34,857 bases of DNA from IMG/VR virus record IMGVR_UViG_3300038489_000010; one strand, written 5' to 3'. The stretch's first letter is position 1; the number at the start of each line of letters is the position of its first letter. Below the pieces are notes generated by a model that did not search any database, was not told where the DNA came from, and saw only the letters and a program-made list of their open reading frames with translations. The translations under genes were made by a program, and so were the position numbers. Source of the DNA: an uncultured virus (IMG/VR IMGVR_UViG_3300038489_000010). Taxonomy: Duplodnaviria; Heunggongvirae; Uroviricota; Caudoviricetes. Positions 19,977-32,723 of the stretch are shown in pieces.

Positions 19977-21089
19977 ATGATAACATACGTAAACACAGTG
20001 CTGGTAGCAAACCAGCCGGCTGCACTTGTTGCAGATCCAAAGAATCTGGCTCAGTCAACAGACGTAGAGTCTCCTGAGGCAGGTCATTTCATTATCATGA
20101 ATCTTGATCCTAATACAACTGAGGAAAACCAGTATACTATTGATGCTAATACCCAAAAGATCAAGATTGGCTTGGTAACAAACAAGAATGTTGTTGTTCG
20201 TACAAAGAATGGCAACAAGATTACTGTTAAGTATCAACCTATTATTAAATGGACAAACGACATTAAGAAGCACGACATTAAATCTTTCACAGAACTTATA
20301 GCTCCTGCTACTATGAACGATGCAGATTCAGAGGACAAGGTTACAATTGATTTCACTAGTCTTAATGGAACCATTCTTGATAAACTTGCAGAAGGCGGAA
20401 AGAGAGTTATTGTTCGCCTTACATTTAAGGATCTTCCAACTCGTTATCGCAAATGGACTGAGTCTTATGAGTACGTAACAATGGTTGGTGATACAAAGCA
20501 GAATATTATCGAAGGTATTGCTTCTCAGATCAATGGTCAGTGGAAGCGTGCGCGTGTAATAGCAGATGATAGCAAGGCTGCTGATGGCAAGCTTGTTATT
20601 ACCGCTATGAAGTATGACGATGATAACGACTTTAATACCATTAATCGCGCAAATAAGGTTCGTTTTAATGCAAACATGTATTTCACAGATCCTGCAGCTG
20701 AAGGCTGGGAATCTTTGAACAAACATTATCTCCAGGGTGTTAAGATTATCAAGACACCGGCTAAACAGTATCCAGCTATTGGCAAGCTTGTTCGTGATCG
20801 TGAGAATCAGGCTTATGGATATCAGGGCATTCTTAACCGTGGTATGTGTACATGGCCAATTATCCAGCCGGAACGCGTAGCTAAGGATAATGTTATTTAC
20901 AATGCACTCACTCTTGAGTTTGAAAATATGTATCGTGCTGCAGACGATATTTTCCGTAAGACAAAACAGACCGTTGAGTTCTATATTAACGGTGATGTTT
21001 CTGCACTTAAGGATGAGCTTACTAAATTCGCTGGAACTCCAGTTAATGAGACTGGTGATTATCCAGAGCCTGAAAACGAAGGTAAGTAA
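19977..21089 (+). CDS. Probably abundant virion structural protein (370 aa)
   Basis: No TAG, MCP-like codon bias, followed by terminator; ATG 19977 after an A-rich leader. Confidence 0.75.
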   Translation: MITYVNTVLVANQPAALVADPKNLAQSTDVESPEAGHFIIMNLDPNTTEENQYTIDANTQKIKIGLVTNKNVVVRTKNGNKITVKYQPIIKWTNDIKKHDIKSFTELIAPATMNDADSEDKVTIDFTSLNGTILDKLAEGGKRVIVRLTFKDLPTRYRKWTESYEYVTMVGDTKQNIIEGIASQINGQWKRARVIADDSKAADGKLVITAMKYDDDNDFNTINRANKVRFNANMYFTDPAAEGWESLNKHYLQGVKIIKTPAKQYPAIGKLVRDRENQAYGYQGILNRGMCTWPIIQPERVAKDNVIYNALTLEFENMYRAADDIFRKTKQTVEFYINGDVSALKDELTKFAGTPVNETGDYPEPENEGK

Positions 21090-21108
21090 TTATAAATTAT
21101 ATGATTAG

Positions 21109-21141
21109 AGGTGGGCGGACTTCTGTCCACTCACCTTTTTT
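21109..21141 (+). terminator. Intrinsic terminator
   Basis: GGTGGGCGGAC-TTCT-GTCCACTCACC stem followed by TTTTTT. Confidence 0.85.
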
Positions 21142-21159
21142 CGTTTAACATATACGTAT

Positions 21160-22617
21160 ATGAATAAAATAAGAATTGGAAACGATATTAGACTTCTGGT
21201 TGCTTTGACTAATTCATCTGATTGGGATAAAAAGAATATTAAGTCAATTAAAGCGTTTCTTGTTAATACGTCAATCAAAGACTTTGAAGAGAAGTGGCAT
21301 GATTTTCCAGGACGTTTTCCAAGAGATCCTTAGTCTAAGTTCTTTAGACCTGATTGTCATTGCTTAAATAGATGTGGTTATCCACATTATCATGCTATGC
21401 CATGTGATAGATTCAATCACCATTGGTGGCATATGTGGCATATGGATCATGATCCAAATTATGTATTTGATGATGGATTTCATCGTCCTTTCTGGCCACA
21501 TCCATTCGATGGTCCATGCGATCATCATTTCTATCATGGCTTTGGTTTAGAACCTGGTAGATGGCCAAGCCGTTGGTTTGGTTGGACAAGGCGTGATGAC
21601 GTTTCATTTGGACATAAAAGCCCGTTTGATGGTATTCCATTGCATATAGGAGAAGATTGGACTTATCTTGCTCCTTCTAGAGAGGTTAAAGATAAGTATG
21701 TTAAAGCTGATAAAGATGTTCATCATCAGATTGAAGTATTCTTCCCGGCGTAGGACCAGATTGCATGTGGTACATATAAGCTTATTCTTGTTATAACAAG
21801 TTATAATTCAGGTTGGGGAAGAAATAACATGCATACATATACGCAAGATTGTGGTGGAGTATTTGAACTTGTTGATGATGAAACTGGAGATTTTGGAGAT
21901 ATAACACTACTTATCCCAGAAGGAGAAAAGGTTGGTAAAGATAGTATTGACGACATTAAGATTGGAGGAATTAATACAGAGGTTGATCATTACTATATCA
22001 GCTATACAAAATATTTAGGAGAAAGCTTTGAACTTGGCGATACTGATAGTAGAGGCAATCTATATCAAATATATGCTCTTTAGAATGGATAGATGATACA
22101 GTATGAACCTAATGATAAATTATATTTCTCTTCAAATAGACCAGAAGTTGTTTATGTAGATGGAGGAACAGGTTCAATGAGAATTAATATTGATTAGTTC
22201 TCAAAAATTGCAGATGATCCAAATGCTATAATAACTGTTACATTAAATGAAACTGGAGAAACAAAGAAGTTTATGGTTACTGTAATTGATCCAGATGCAG
22301 ATAATGTACTTATTGGATTTAGCCATGCTGGCGATTTAAACGATCTTGATATTTCTAAATTAAAATACTATAAGAAGTAGAATGGTGTTAAATTTGATAT
22401 ATTTAATCCAGAACCTACTTCTTATCTGTGGGTTGGATCTAAAACAATATTAAAATATATAGACAACGCAAATCCATTAAAGACTGTTGGTGTAACATCT
22501 TAGAGATTCCCAGTTCCAATGCTTGGTGCTGTATATCAGAATGGTAAATATTGGTATCGCTCAGCAGAAGCTATTATGAATGGTTATATGTCGGATATAA
22601 ATATAGAATAGAATTAA
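21160..22617 (+). CDS. Probable fibre-base / structural protein (485 aa) with His/Trp/Pro/Cys-rich segment
   Basis: MNKIRIGNDI start; single frame through TAGs to TAA 22615-22617; beta-rich C-terminal half. Confidence 0.72.
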
Positions 22618-22618
22618 T

Positions 22619-24811
22619 ATGAATAGTAATAATTTTAACGAAGACTATGCTATAAAGATATTTGGTACTTTGTATAGTAAAGTAGCAGATGGTCATCTTG
22701 CATTTGCTGAATAGATATACGATGATACATATCCAAATGGCACAAATCTTGGAGATAATAGTCAGTACTCTATAAATAGATAGGTAAAAAAAGATATTGA
22801 CGCAATTAATGACCCAAATAAAGATTGGACTATTAATAATCTTAGAATTAATGGACAGTCTACTATTACGTCTCCTATTAAAATTTGGAAAGATTTTGAT
22901 GATGGAGATTATGAATACATAGATTTGTCAACAGATGGGTATACATTTGCAAGTTCAGATGATCCTTCAAATCACGAGCATCACTATTGGTCTGAAATTG
23001 CTTCTAAAAAATATGTTGACAATAGGGTTAATGCATTGATAAACGGAGCTCCAGATGCGTATGACACACTTAAGGAAATATCTGATTATATTATATCAGA
23101 TAAAGATGCTGGTGCTGCTATCTTGAATAAAATAACAAATATAAACAATAGTATAGAAAGTATTGGAAGCAAGATAGGAAGAGTTCATTTTGTTAGCGAT
23201 ACAGATGATAGTATTAAAAACGCAATTGATAGTCATACGTTTGTAAAAGCTAATTATTTGCAAGTTGGCATTGATAACTATAGTAATGGTACAACATCGT
23301 TTACACCTGGATATATTGCATTTCTTTCTGGGAAGGGAAGTATTCAAGACTGTCAGAAAGCTTTAATAGAATATGATCCTGAAAATTTAAAGATTAGTTT
23401 TACTCTGAATGCTGTAGATACTAATTCTAAATATCATCTTGGTAATCCGTCACTCAATTATAATAATGTTAATAATATTGATAATAACAGAATAATTGTT
23501 GGAAAGGATTTGCATAATGCTATAGATCTTGTTAATAGCAAATATTATGATAAAAATACTATTGACACAAAGATTAACAAAATAATAGCTGGAGATGTTG
23601 ATTTAACTGGATATGCTCTTAAAACTGATTTATCAAATTATGCATTAAAAAGTGATATTTCTAAATATGCTCTTAAGACAGATATTCCAACAGTTCCAAC
23701 AAAGATTAGTCAGCTTACTAATGATTCTGGTTATATAACATCATCAGAAGATGTTAACACAACAAACAAATCTTTAAAGTTTGATTCTAGTGCAAATTCA
23801 AACAATATGAATTTGACTTTAACGGTAACAGATTCTGATAATAAGTCAATTAGTGATGATATTAAGCTTGAAAAAGCAAATAGTGAGACAGCTGGCCTTA
23901 TGGGTGCTGTTGATAGAAACTACATTACATTCTTGCTTAATAAAGTAAACGAACTTGAGTCTAGGGTAAATAAACTATCTACAAGTGGAGATGATTCTCA
24001 AACAGAAAATGTTTGTATTTCTAGGATTCCATATATTGCAATTCGTGACAATTTAAAAAATATAAACGGAATATTTAGTGGAACTGGTTATGCTGCATTT
24101 CCAACAAAAACAGACCCAACAATTTAGAGCGCCATTGCATATAAGAATAATTCATCATTTACTACAGAGTATATTGCTACGTTCCCTGATCTTGTTATAA
24201 ATGCAAATGAACTTAAAGTTTATAAACTTGTAAATAATAATACTAGTCATATTATTGGAGATACAGTTAAATTTGATTTTACAATGGGAGAGAGTAGGTT
24301 TCACAATTGCGCTGGAACTGTAAAAGAATGGACAATTAGAAATATTGTTGATTCAAATGAATATAAAACAGTACTTGGAACGTTCACTATAAATAACATT
24401 AAGATTTCATCTTAGCCTGGAATGCATCCTATTCCTAATACTAAAAATACAAACAGATAGTATTATACTGTAAATGGCAATTCTGATTATTTTGCAAGTC
24501 AATTTAAAGCTGGTAAAAGTTATACAATAACATATACTAGTTCTGATGTTTCTAAAGTTAACTTTAAGAATACTCATATTGTAAACTAGGATAATGCCAG
24601 CGCATCAACAGGTGCAGACGAAATCTCAGTTGGAAATATTGGCAGCACTAAAGACGGTATAGTTATAACTCCAACTATAAATGTAACATCTTAGTCTGAT
24701 ACAAAACTTGAATTTACAATCGCTATACCTAGTGATGTTTACTGTATAAACGAAATTATAGATATACAGTATAGTGGTTATAGAGATGTTTCGCTTATAT
24801 ATAATTATTGA
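22619..24811 (+). CDS. Tail fibre-like protein (730 aa)
   Basis: ALINGAPDAYDTLKEI, YALKTD repeats, IPTVPTKISQLTNDSGYIT and AGLM motifs typical of phage fibres; TGA 24809-24811. Confidence 0.8.
23612..23686 (+). repeat. Three degenerate 27-nt coding repeats (YALKTDLSN / YALKSDISK / YALKTDI)
   Basis: Seen directly in DNA and translation. Confidence 0.8.
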
Positions 24812-24817
24812 TAAATT

Positions 24818-24922
24818 ATGTTAAAGAAAAAGATACTCGGAGCCGTTGATGGAAAGTCTAAGACTAATGTAAATGTTATGTCTGATGATGATGTTTAGAA
24901 TTTAATAGATAAGATTCAATGA
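24818..24922 (+). CDS. 34-aa peptide MLKKKILGAVDGKSKTNVNVMSDDDVQNLIDKIQ
   Basis: Fills the gap exactly; ATGA overlap with the next gene; 1 TAG. Confidence 0.45.
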
Positions 24923-25245
24923 ACAACTACGTAAATAATTTTTAGAAGCATACCGATAATTGGAAAGATAAAGTACAATACGGTGTAGCAACAACATCAT
25001 TTATTGCTGGAGTTGGCATGGGATTCTTGTCTTTCTTAACATCTAGAACTTTATCTGGAGAAATACTAGGGTTTATTGGAGAATGCTTCACATTAACCGG
25101 TGGTATATTCGGCATAACTTTATATGTTCGTAATAAAGTAGCTTAGGCTGGTACATATATAATAGAATAGACTAAGCAAATTTTTGACCAACACGAACAA
25201 GAATATCATAGAAATGATAAAGACGATAATAGCTTGGATAGTTGA
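24919..25245 (+). CDS. Putative holin (108 aa)
   Basis: Two hydrophobic segments (YGVATTSFIAGVGMGFLSFL; ILGFIGECFTLTGGIFGITLYV) and a charged C-terminal tail; 3 TAG. Confidence 0.55.
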
Positions 25246-25873
25246 GCATAGTAAAATCGTCAAGAACGCCATTTTAAGCCTCGTGGTGGGCTTATCTATA
25301 TTGTTTGGTGTAGTTAACTGCAAGAACAATTAGAAGCTCTCAGAAGAGCTTAAAACAGCTAACAATAACATAGAGGCCTACCAGGAGCTTTAGAGCTCTT
25401 AGTAGGCTTCTCGTGTTTTATATCTAGACATGGCTAAGCTTGGCGAAACAAAAGATACGATACTAACTAAGATGAATGATGTTGCTAATGATAATAATGT
25501 TAAATCTAAAACAATGTTAACAGCTGCAACCCAGACTTAGGATGTAAACGTTAAAAGAAGTAAAAAAGTAGAACAAGACACTATACATGATCTAGTAACT
25601 ATATTAAAAGATACAACATATAGTGATACTATAAAATATAATGATTTAACAACTATAAGTTATACAATAGGTAAAGATACAGTAAGTATAGGTCTTAAGT
25701 TAAATAACACATAGTACTTATATATTTATAAAGATAAACATTATAGATACAAAAACTTCTGGAAGAGATTAATAAGATTCTGCTGGAAGAAAGATATTGA
25801 TTATAAGTACAAAATAATAAATACAAACGACCTACTCAAAACAAGTAATGTGAGAGTAGTTAATGCAAAATAA
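25214..25873 (+). CDS. Membrane-anchored coiled-coil protein, spanin-like (219 aa)
   Basis: N-terminal TM (AILSLVVGLSILFGVVNC), coiled coil, basic/aromatic C-terminus KNFWKRLIRFCWKK; overlaps the holin candidate. Confidence 0.5.
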
Positions 25874-25874
25874 T

Positions 25875-26651
25875 ATGGCAAGTATTTCACTTAAAGAATT
25901 TATTGACGATATACTATTATTAGTCAGAAATAATAATATAAGTGAAAGTGAGGATTTGTCAAGAACATAGATAGCCAATTGGATTAAGGCTCATAAAGCA
26001 GCTATTCTCAAAGAGAGACTAGATAAACAAAAAGAAAATGCCTTAAACCCTGACGATGATGAGGATGCTATAGATAACATGTTCATCAGAGAAATAGGCC
26101 CGCTTGAGCTATAGAATGTTGAACAAAGAGGAAACAAACCCACTTTCACAAAGAGGACGATAAAGCCTCTAGAAGACATATATGAGAATGCGGGTAGCAG
26201 TATATTGGCTATACGTGATGAAGATGGAGAAGATATATAGTATATGTCTCCAGAGCGTCGTCATTACAATTATTTTAGAAAATATACGTTTGGAGAGTTA
26301 ACTGCTTATTATAAACCAATTATTTTAGAAAACAACCAGTCTAATACAAAAACAGAAGATGGAGCTGAACTAAGAGGTAATGGATATATATATGTTCAAG
26401 GTACAGAAGATTTAAATAAACTAAAGTACATATATGTATTAGCAATCTTTAATACAGAAGGAGATAATTCTGATGGAGATGATAATATAGATGAAGACGA
26501 TATAAAAATACCAGCTTGGCTTATACCTCCAATTAAGCAGAGAATAATTCAAAACGAACTAGCGTTCATGGTGCGCATGCCTAGCGATGATAGTAATAAT
26601 GCAACGCTAGCTAGCGTAAAACCACATGGACCACAAGATGCGGAAGAATAA
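25875..26651 (+). CDS. Conserved structural protein, ring-protein-like (258 aa)
   Basis: In frame with fragment 26244; DLSRTQIANWI...IPAWLIPPIKQRI...PSDDSNNA. Confidence 0.65.
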
Positions 26652-27081
26652 TTCTATAACACTTAGAGACATGTATAAAAAAATGCCAAATAAGCCTATT
26701 TATAGCGATTTTAAGGCGATTACAGACTGTATGTGTAAAGTTATTCTAGAATGTTTAGAAGACAGCTCAGACGGCTTTAAAATGCCTTCTGGACTAGGAT
26801 ATATTAGAATAGGAAAGTATCTACCTAAAACATATACTGATAAATCTCTAAGTGTTGATTATAAAGCAAGTAAAGAATACGGTAAACGTATTTATCATCT
26901 GAACGAACATTGTGGAGGGTATAAATTTAGATTGTTTTGGTCTAAACAACCATATACATTTTCAGACAGATATAAATACCAACTTGTATTCGTTAGAGCA
27001 AATAAAAGAAGATTAGCTCAACTGATTTTTAACCATAAAGATTATATAAATATAGATGATATACAAGTTTACAACATGTGA
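26638..27081 (+). CDS. IHF/HU-like basic protein of the crAss tail module (about 147 aa)
   Basis: Basic ORF with FKMPSGLGYIRIGK; sits before the tail tube gene; start could be 26626. Confidence 0.6.
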   Translation: MRKNNSITLRDMYKKMPNKPIYSDFKAITDCMCKVILECLEDSSDGFKMPSGLGYIRIGKYLPKTYTDKSLSVDYKASKEYGKRIYHLNEHCGGYKFRLFWSKQPYTFSDRYKYQLVFVRANKRRLAQLIFNHKDYINIDDIQVYNM

Positions 27082-28009
27082 GTCGGTTATAGCTAAGATT
27101 ATGGCTGACTTAGATTCTTCCGAAGTAAGAAATAGAGTAACAGATATACGGGAATGGATCTTCGAAGCTGTTGATAAGATAGGAGCTCCAATGTAGTATT
27201 TGGAGAAAGAGTCTGGATTAGATGGAGTTCCATTGCTGAAAATTATAGATCATCAAGTACCGCTTCCTGATGATTTAGAATAGCTTGACGGAGTAGCTTA
27301 TGGATTAACACCTGACGGTCCTTGGTTTCCTATGTAGAAGGAATCAAGAACCGTTAAATCGTTTAAGAGTGAGCGTCCTAAACCACATGATTAGATAATA
27401 CCTATTAAACCTCATGATCCAGCCAATATGACTATAGACGAACCAGATGCTGTAGTTGTTCCTGCACCAAAACCAGAAGTGCATCAACCAATGCAACATA
27501 AGATAATAACATCTTAGCATTAGTTCTATAATGACACTGGAATGAAGTACTGGAATGATTTAAAACCAGTATTTGATCATAAACGTCCAGCATATTGGAT
27601 TAAGCCTGGTTGGATTGTTACAAACTAGGATCATGGATTTATTAAGTTAAATTACAAATCAATAGCAACAGATGAAAGAGGTTATCCTCTTATACCAGAT
27701 TTGTCTTCATATCAAGAAGCTATATACTGGTATGTAACTATGAAATTAACATTCCCTAAATTCCTTAAAGGCAAGCTAGGCGGTAGAAGCGTTAGAGATA
27801 ACAGATAGGTATATACATATATACAGCAACAATGGAATTTTTATCGCAACCAAGCATATGCAGAGGCAATGATGCCAACTCAAGATGACATGAGAACAAT
27901 TAAGAATGATTGGCTAAAACTAATACCTGATGTTGAAGCTGATGATTATTTCTTCGGTCCAGTTGGAGATAGGGAGCTAACATATAACGATTATTACTAT
28001 GGATATTGA
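27056..28009 (+). CDS. Tail tubular / ring protein (317 aa)
   Basis: IREWIFEAV...LPDDL...DERGYPLIPD...EAIYWYV; directly before the stabilisation protein; missing from the ORF track because of TAGs. Confidence 0.72.
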
Positions 28010-31000
28010 TGAAAAATTAAGCCAAACAAATACTTTTGCCGGTGGCATGGACACAGATACTTCTGACATGCTTATGAAAGATAGTCAATATCGATTGGCT
28101 AATAATCTTCGCTATATTACTAATTCAGATGAAAATACCGGCGAACTTCATATGATAGATGGAGCCAAGTTTTTAAATAAATTAGAACCAGATAATATAC
28201 AAATATTAGCAACTGCTACTATAAGAAATTATGGCGTTATAATATGGAAAAGCTTTGAATCATATAATTGGGGAGTCGATTATATAAAAGACACAAATAC
28301 AACTCCAGTATGCGTCTTTGAATATGGTGGAAATAAGCAAGAAGATGTAATAGGAGATCATCCAAGTATTGTTTGTAGATGGGAGGACAATGACAATATA
28401 AAAGTTTATATAGCTGACGGTATACATGAATTAATGATGGTGTCATTAAATGATGACTATAGAGACGATCCTATAGGACATCCTGATGAATACAGAATCA
28501 CTTCTTTAGACAAAATATAGGCACATAGTAATATGCTGTTAACAACACCATTATTTTGTGGTTTTGTTGAAGGAAATCTAACAGCAGGGCTTGTGTAGTA
28601 TGCTTACATGTTATATAAAAAGCATGGGAAATGGACAAATATGTCTCCTATAACAAAGCTAATTCCACTTCCTAAAAATCCAGATAAAATTGGCAAAAAC
28701 ATTGAAGGAGCAAAAGTTGGAAAAGAAACATCTTGTGGAATAAAACTAAAGATAAATATAGAAGACAACGAAAATTTTTTTGATAGAATACTTCTATATA
28801 GAATACATTATATTAAAGCTGGATAGACACCAACAATCGAACTTGTTGTTGACAAGTAGTTTGATAGAACAAATAAAACTATAATTGTACAAGATACTGG
28901 ACATTCAGCGTTAGATTCGTTAACTCTTGAAGAATTCAATAATTTATCTGGTTTGCGATTAATACCAAAAGTTATTGAAAGTAAAAACGATTATCTATTT
29001 GCTGCAAACATAAAAGATAATGGCTATGTTGATATATTAAAAATGAATGATGGATCATCTTTTGATGCACGTTCTTTTTAGTATAAAATAAACTCAAATA
29101 CATTGGAGCTGTATGATTATAATAGCAAAGAACAGGAAACTATTATTACCAATACTTCTGATTGTTGGAATGATAATAACGATGTAAATCATTTTTATGA
29201 TAATAATAAGTGTTGTTATACAAAATTTACAGATGGAGATGTACAATATTATGGCGGAACCGGAAAGTACATTGATTGGAAGTTTATTATAACTGAAGTA
29301 GATGGAGATACATGCAGATATACAACAAGCGATTAGTATTATGATCAAATTGGTACTAGATATAATATACAATCATTAAAGTAGGCTAATGGCTTAAATG
29401 ATAATTTTAGATCTTATTATATTGATAGTGATGGATCTCTTATACAGACGCAAGATTTTAATAAACATGATATTGGTATTAGCAACGATAGCAACAGTGC
29501 ATTGAGTTATGCGAACCCAATTGTAGCGTACTCTTTAAAATCATTAAGAAGAGGAGAAGTATATAGATATGGTATAGTTTTTTATGACAAAAGTAATAAT
29601 GCTTCTCCTGTACAATGGATAGCAGATATAAGAGTTCCTGATCTGTTTATAAAAGGATTCCAGACATTTGTATCTCACGCAAGAATATAGTCTGATAAGA
29701 CTAACCAAACTATAGATCTAGGTGTACGTCCAGTTGGAATATAGTTTGTAATAAAACAGTTTCCAAAAGATGCAGCTGCATATGAAATTGTTAGATGCAA
29801 TAGAACAGAACACGACATTGCGTCTTTAACACAGGGTGTTGTATCTAGACCTATAAAGCGTATTAATGGAGATGATGACACGACAACTGAATACCCATAT
29901 ACACCTAGTGGATTATTAACAACAAATAAGCTAGTTATTAGTAAAAGAGATGAATTTAGCGGACATGAAGATGGTGTATCACATGAAGGAGGATCATAGG
30001 CTGATAATATAGAAAACTCTTCTGTATTTTAGTTTATATCTCCAGAAGTTTTATATTTAAAAGATACAATAAAAACATAGCTTGAAGATAAAGTACTTTA
30101 GTTAGAAGGACTTACATATATATATGGACGATGCGCTGGAATAAGAACTTAGGAATTCTTGAATAGAGTTCATTCTGTATATGGAGAAAGTGCAGGTATA
30201 TATCAAGAATAGAAATCTGATTACCATGTTAAAACAAAGCACATAATTAAACCATCTGTATCAAATTTAAATATAGGATTTGGAGTTAATAATAAAATAA
30301 GCGACGCTAAAGATATAGATGCATATAGAACAACTGTTAATATACTTACAGAAGATCTTACAAAAGAGTTTTATAAGGCACAACCGTCTGAGGGTAATAC
30401 CAATCCAATATTTGGATATTCTAAATCTACACCATCATGTATAGTTCCTACTAAAGACAGGATTACAGCGTGGCCATATTTTGCTGATTATGGAACTAAT
30501 ACAGGAGTTAAAACATACGATATTGATAGTACTTACAAAGTTAGATTTGATGCATATGCTTATATAAAATTATATGAATAGTGTCCAAACGTATTGCTCT
30601 CTATTCCAATTAATGATCAAGTCGGAAAATATTTTTTTATGAAAGATGACAAAATAGCGCAAGGTTATAGTTCTGTATATTATCCTAAATCACATTTTGA
30701 GTGTAAAATAAACGATATTAACATGGCGTCAGATCTCAATTGGGACGATGGTGTTACTGATGTAGAAAATGATGGTAAATCAGCAGTTACAAGTAAGTAT
30801 ATAGATAAGGAAGATGCTATAGGAACATATAGATTTAACAATTGGGTGTCATGGAATAGATATGGAGATTCTTAGCATGACGAAATGTTAAGATGCGAAA
30901 GTGATCTCTATGCAACAACTTATAGAGATGGTCTTGTTTAGAAAGTAATAATGGGTCCTGGCGGTAGATGCTTGCTATTAAATACTGATTATAATAGATG

Positions 31001-32723
31001 TTTAACAGATACAATAGGTTCAACTAATACAACAATTGTTGATTATGATAATGATAATTATCCTTCTGTTAAGGACATAAAAGCTGATAAAAATAAAGAA
31101 GGTGTACAAGCAGAATTACAGTAGTTAGGTGATACAATATACGCAGAATCTGCTCTTGGAACATATTTATGCAATATAAAGCATAATGTTTCTCCATATG
31201 GTGGTAGTAGTTATACAGACAGATAGCTTAGTAATTATTATAGTTACGGAGATTATCATATAATTGGAGAAACTAGTTAGCAATAGATAAGTGTATTTGA
31301 TGGAGATTGTTTTATAGAACCGTTGGAATACACGAGTATGCATAAATGGTATTCAAAAACAAAATCTTTAAGGTACGCTCCAACGTTTTCTATAATGTAC
31401 TCAATTCCAGTTGAAACTAATATAAACTTGGCTTTATCTGATGGTTTTGAGTTTAGTAGAAACTATAAACAAAATAATGTAACAAATTTGTAGTCAGAGC
31501 CAGCAAATGTTAATGGTCTTCTAATACAAGAAGATCCTGAATACTCGTATAATAGTGTGTATTCATAGAATCCTACGTCAAAAGTATTTGCGGCAGATAG
31601 TGAAAATCTTTACGAATCATCTATTGATAATTTTGATTATAGAATATTTTATAGTCAAAGAAAAGATAATAATGAACGAAGAGATAATTGGCTAGTATTT
31701 ATGCCTGCTAACTTTTTAGACGTAGATACTAGATATGGATCTATAACGCAACTTAAGAAGTTCCATAACAATCTATTATTTTGGCAAGAAGAAGCTTCTG
31801 GTCTTCTGTCTGTCGACGAGCGTGTGCAAATATCAGACGATTCGAATCTTCCATTAATACTTGGAACTGGTGGAGTATTAAGTAGATATGATTATTTTAG
31901 TTCTAAAAATGGAATGGCTCCTGATGAATATGCTGATTCATAGTCAGATGTAATGTTAATATGGTACGATAGATATAAGAACGAATTGTGTGCTTATTCT
32001 GGTGACGGAACAAATGTTTCTATATTATCTAAAGCAAAGTTTGTTCAGAACTTCTTTAATAAAAATAAGAAATTTAATACAGAAGGATGTCTAATATCAT
32101 ATGACAAACGATTCAATGAGTTTATAATAAACGTAATTGGTGGTGCTGATAAACAAAATGGATCACTAGTATATAGTGAATTAATGTAGACATTTATTGG
32201 GTTGTATACGATTCGTCCATACTTTGATTTTGAATTTAAAGACAGATTGCTATTTGTTGATAAGTATAATAATATTTCTGAGTGGAATAGCGGAAATGGA
32301 TAGCAAGCACTTGGACTTGATGATCCACACCTTGAAAACATAACTGATGAATACAAACTTAGAATAGATGCTAACTATTTGTATCCTTTTGTTGAATACA
32401 CTGTAAATAAAAATCCTCAAATGGTTAAAGTTTTCGACCAAGCAGAAATGGGAGGAAGATTTTATGGTGGAGATGATTTAAGTAGATTAGGTATTAGTTT
32501 CAGAACTCCTTTAAAACAGTATGGATATATAAATGGTGATAAAATAACAAATAGAGAATATTCGTTTAGATATACTGTGCCAAGGAACAGCTTAAACTCA
32601 GTTCCAGCTTGGGGAAAACGTTTAAGAGGAAAAACAATGTAGGTTGAATTAACCTCTAGTAGTAACTCAACCGACTTTTCTTTGTAGTATGTAACAACTA
32701 AATTTAGATTATCATGGAGTTAA
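27999..32723 (+). CDS. Tail stabilisation / muzzle protein (about 1574 aa)
   Basis: NTFAGGMDTD start, SLRRGEVYRYGIVFYD, FLDVDTRYGSITQL, RLRGK end; eight ORF fragments share one frame; not every gap checked codon by codon. Confidence 0.85.

Noticed and set aside
22619..24811. Second DGR target in the large tail fibre
   Set aside because: No TR-like sequence found by eye at its 3' end or elsewhere in the window; remote targets outside the window are not excluded
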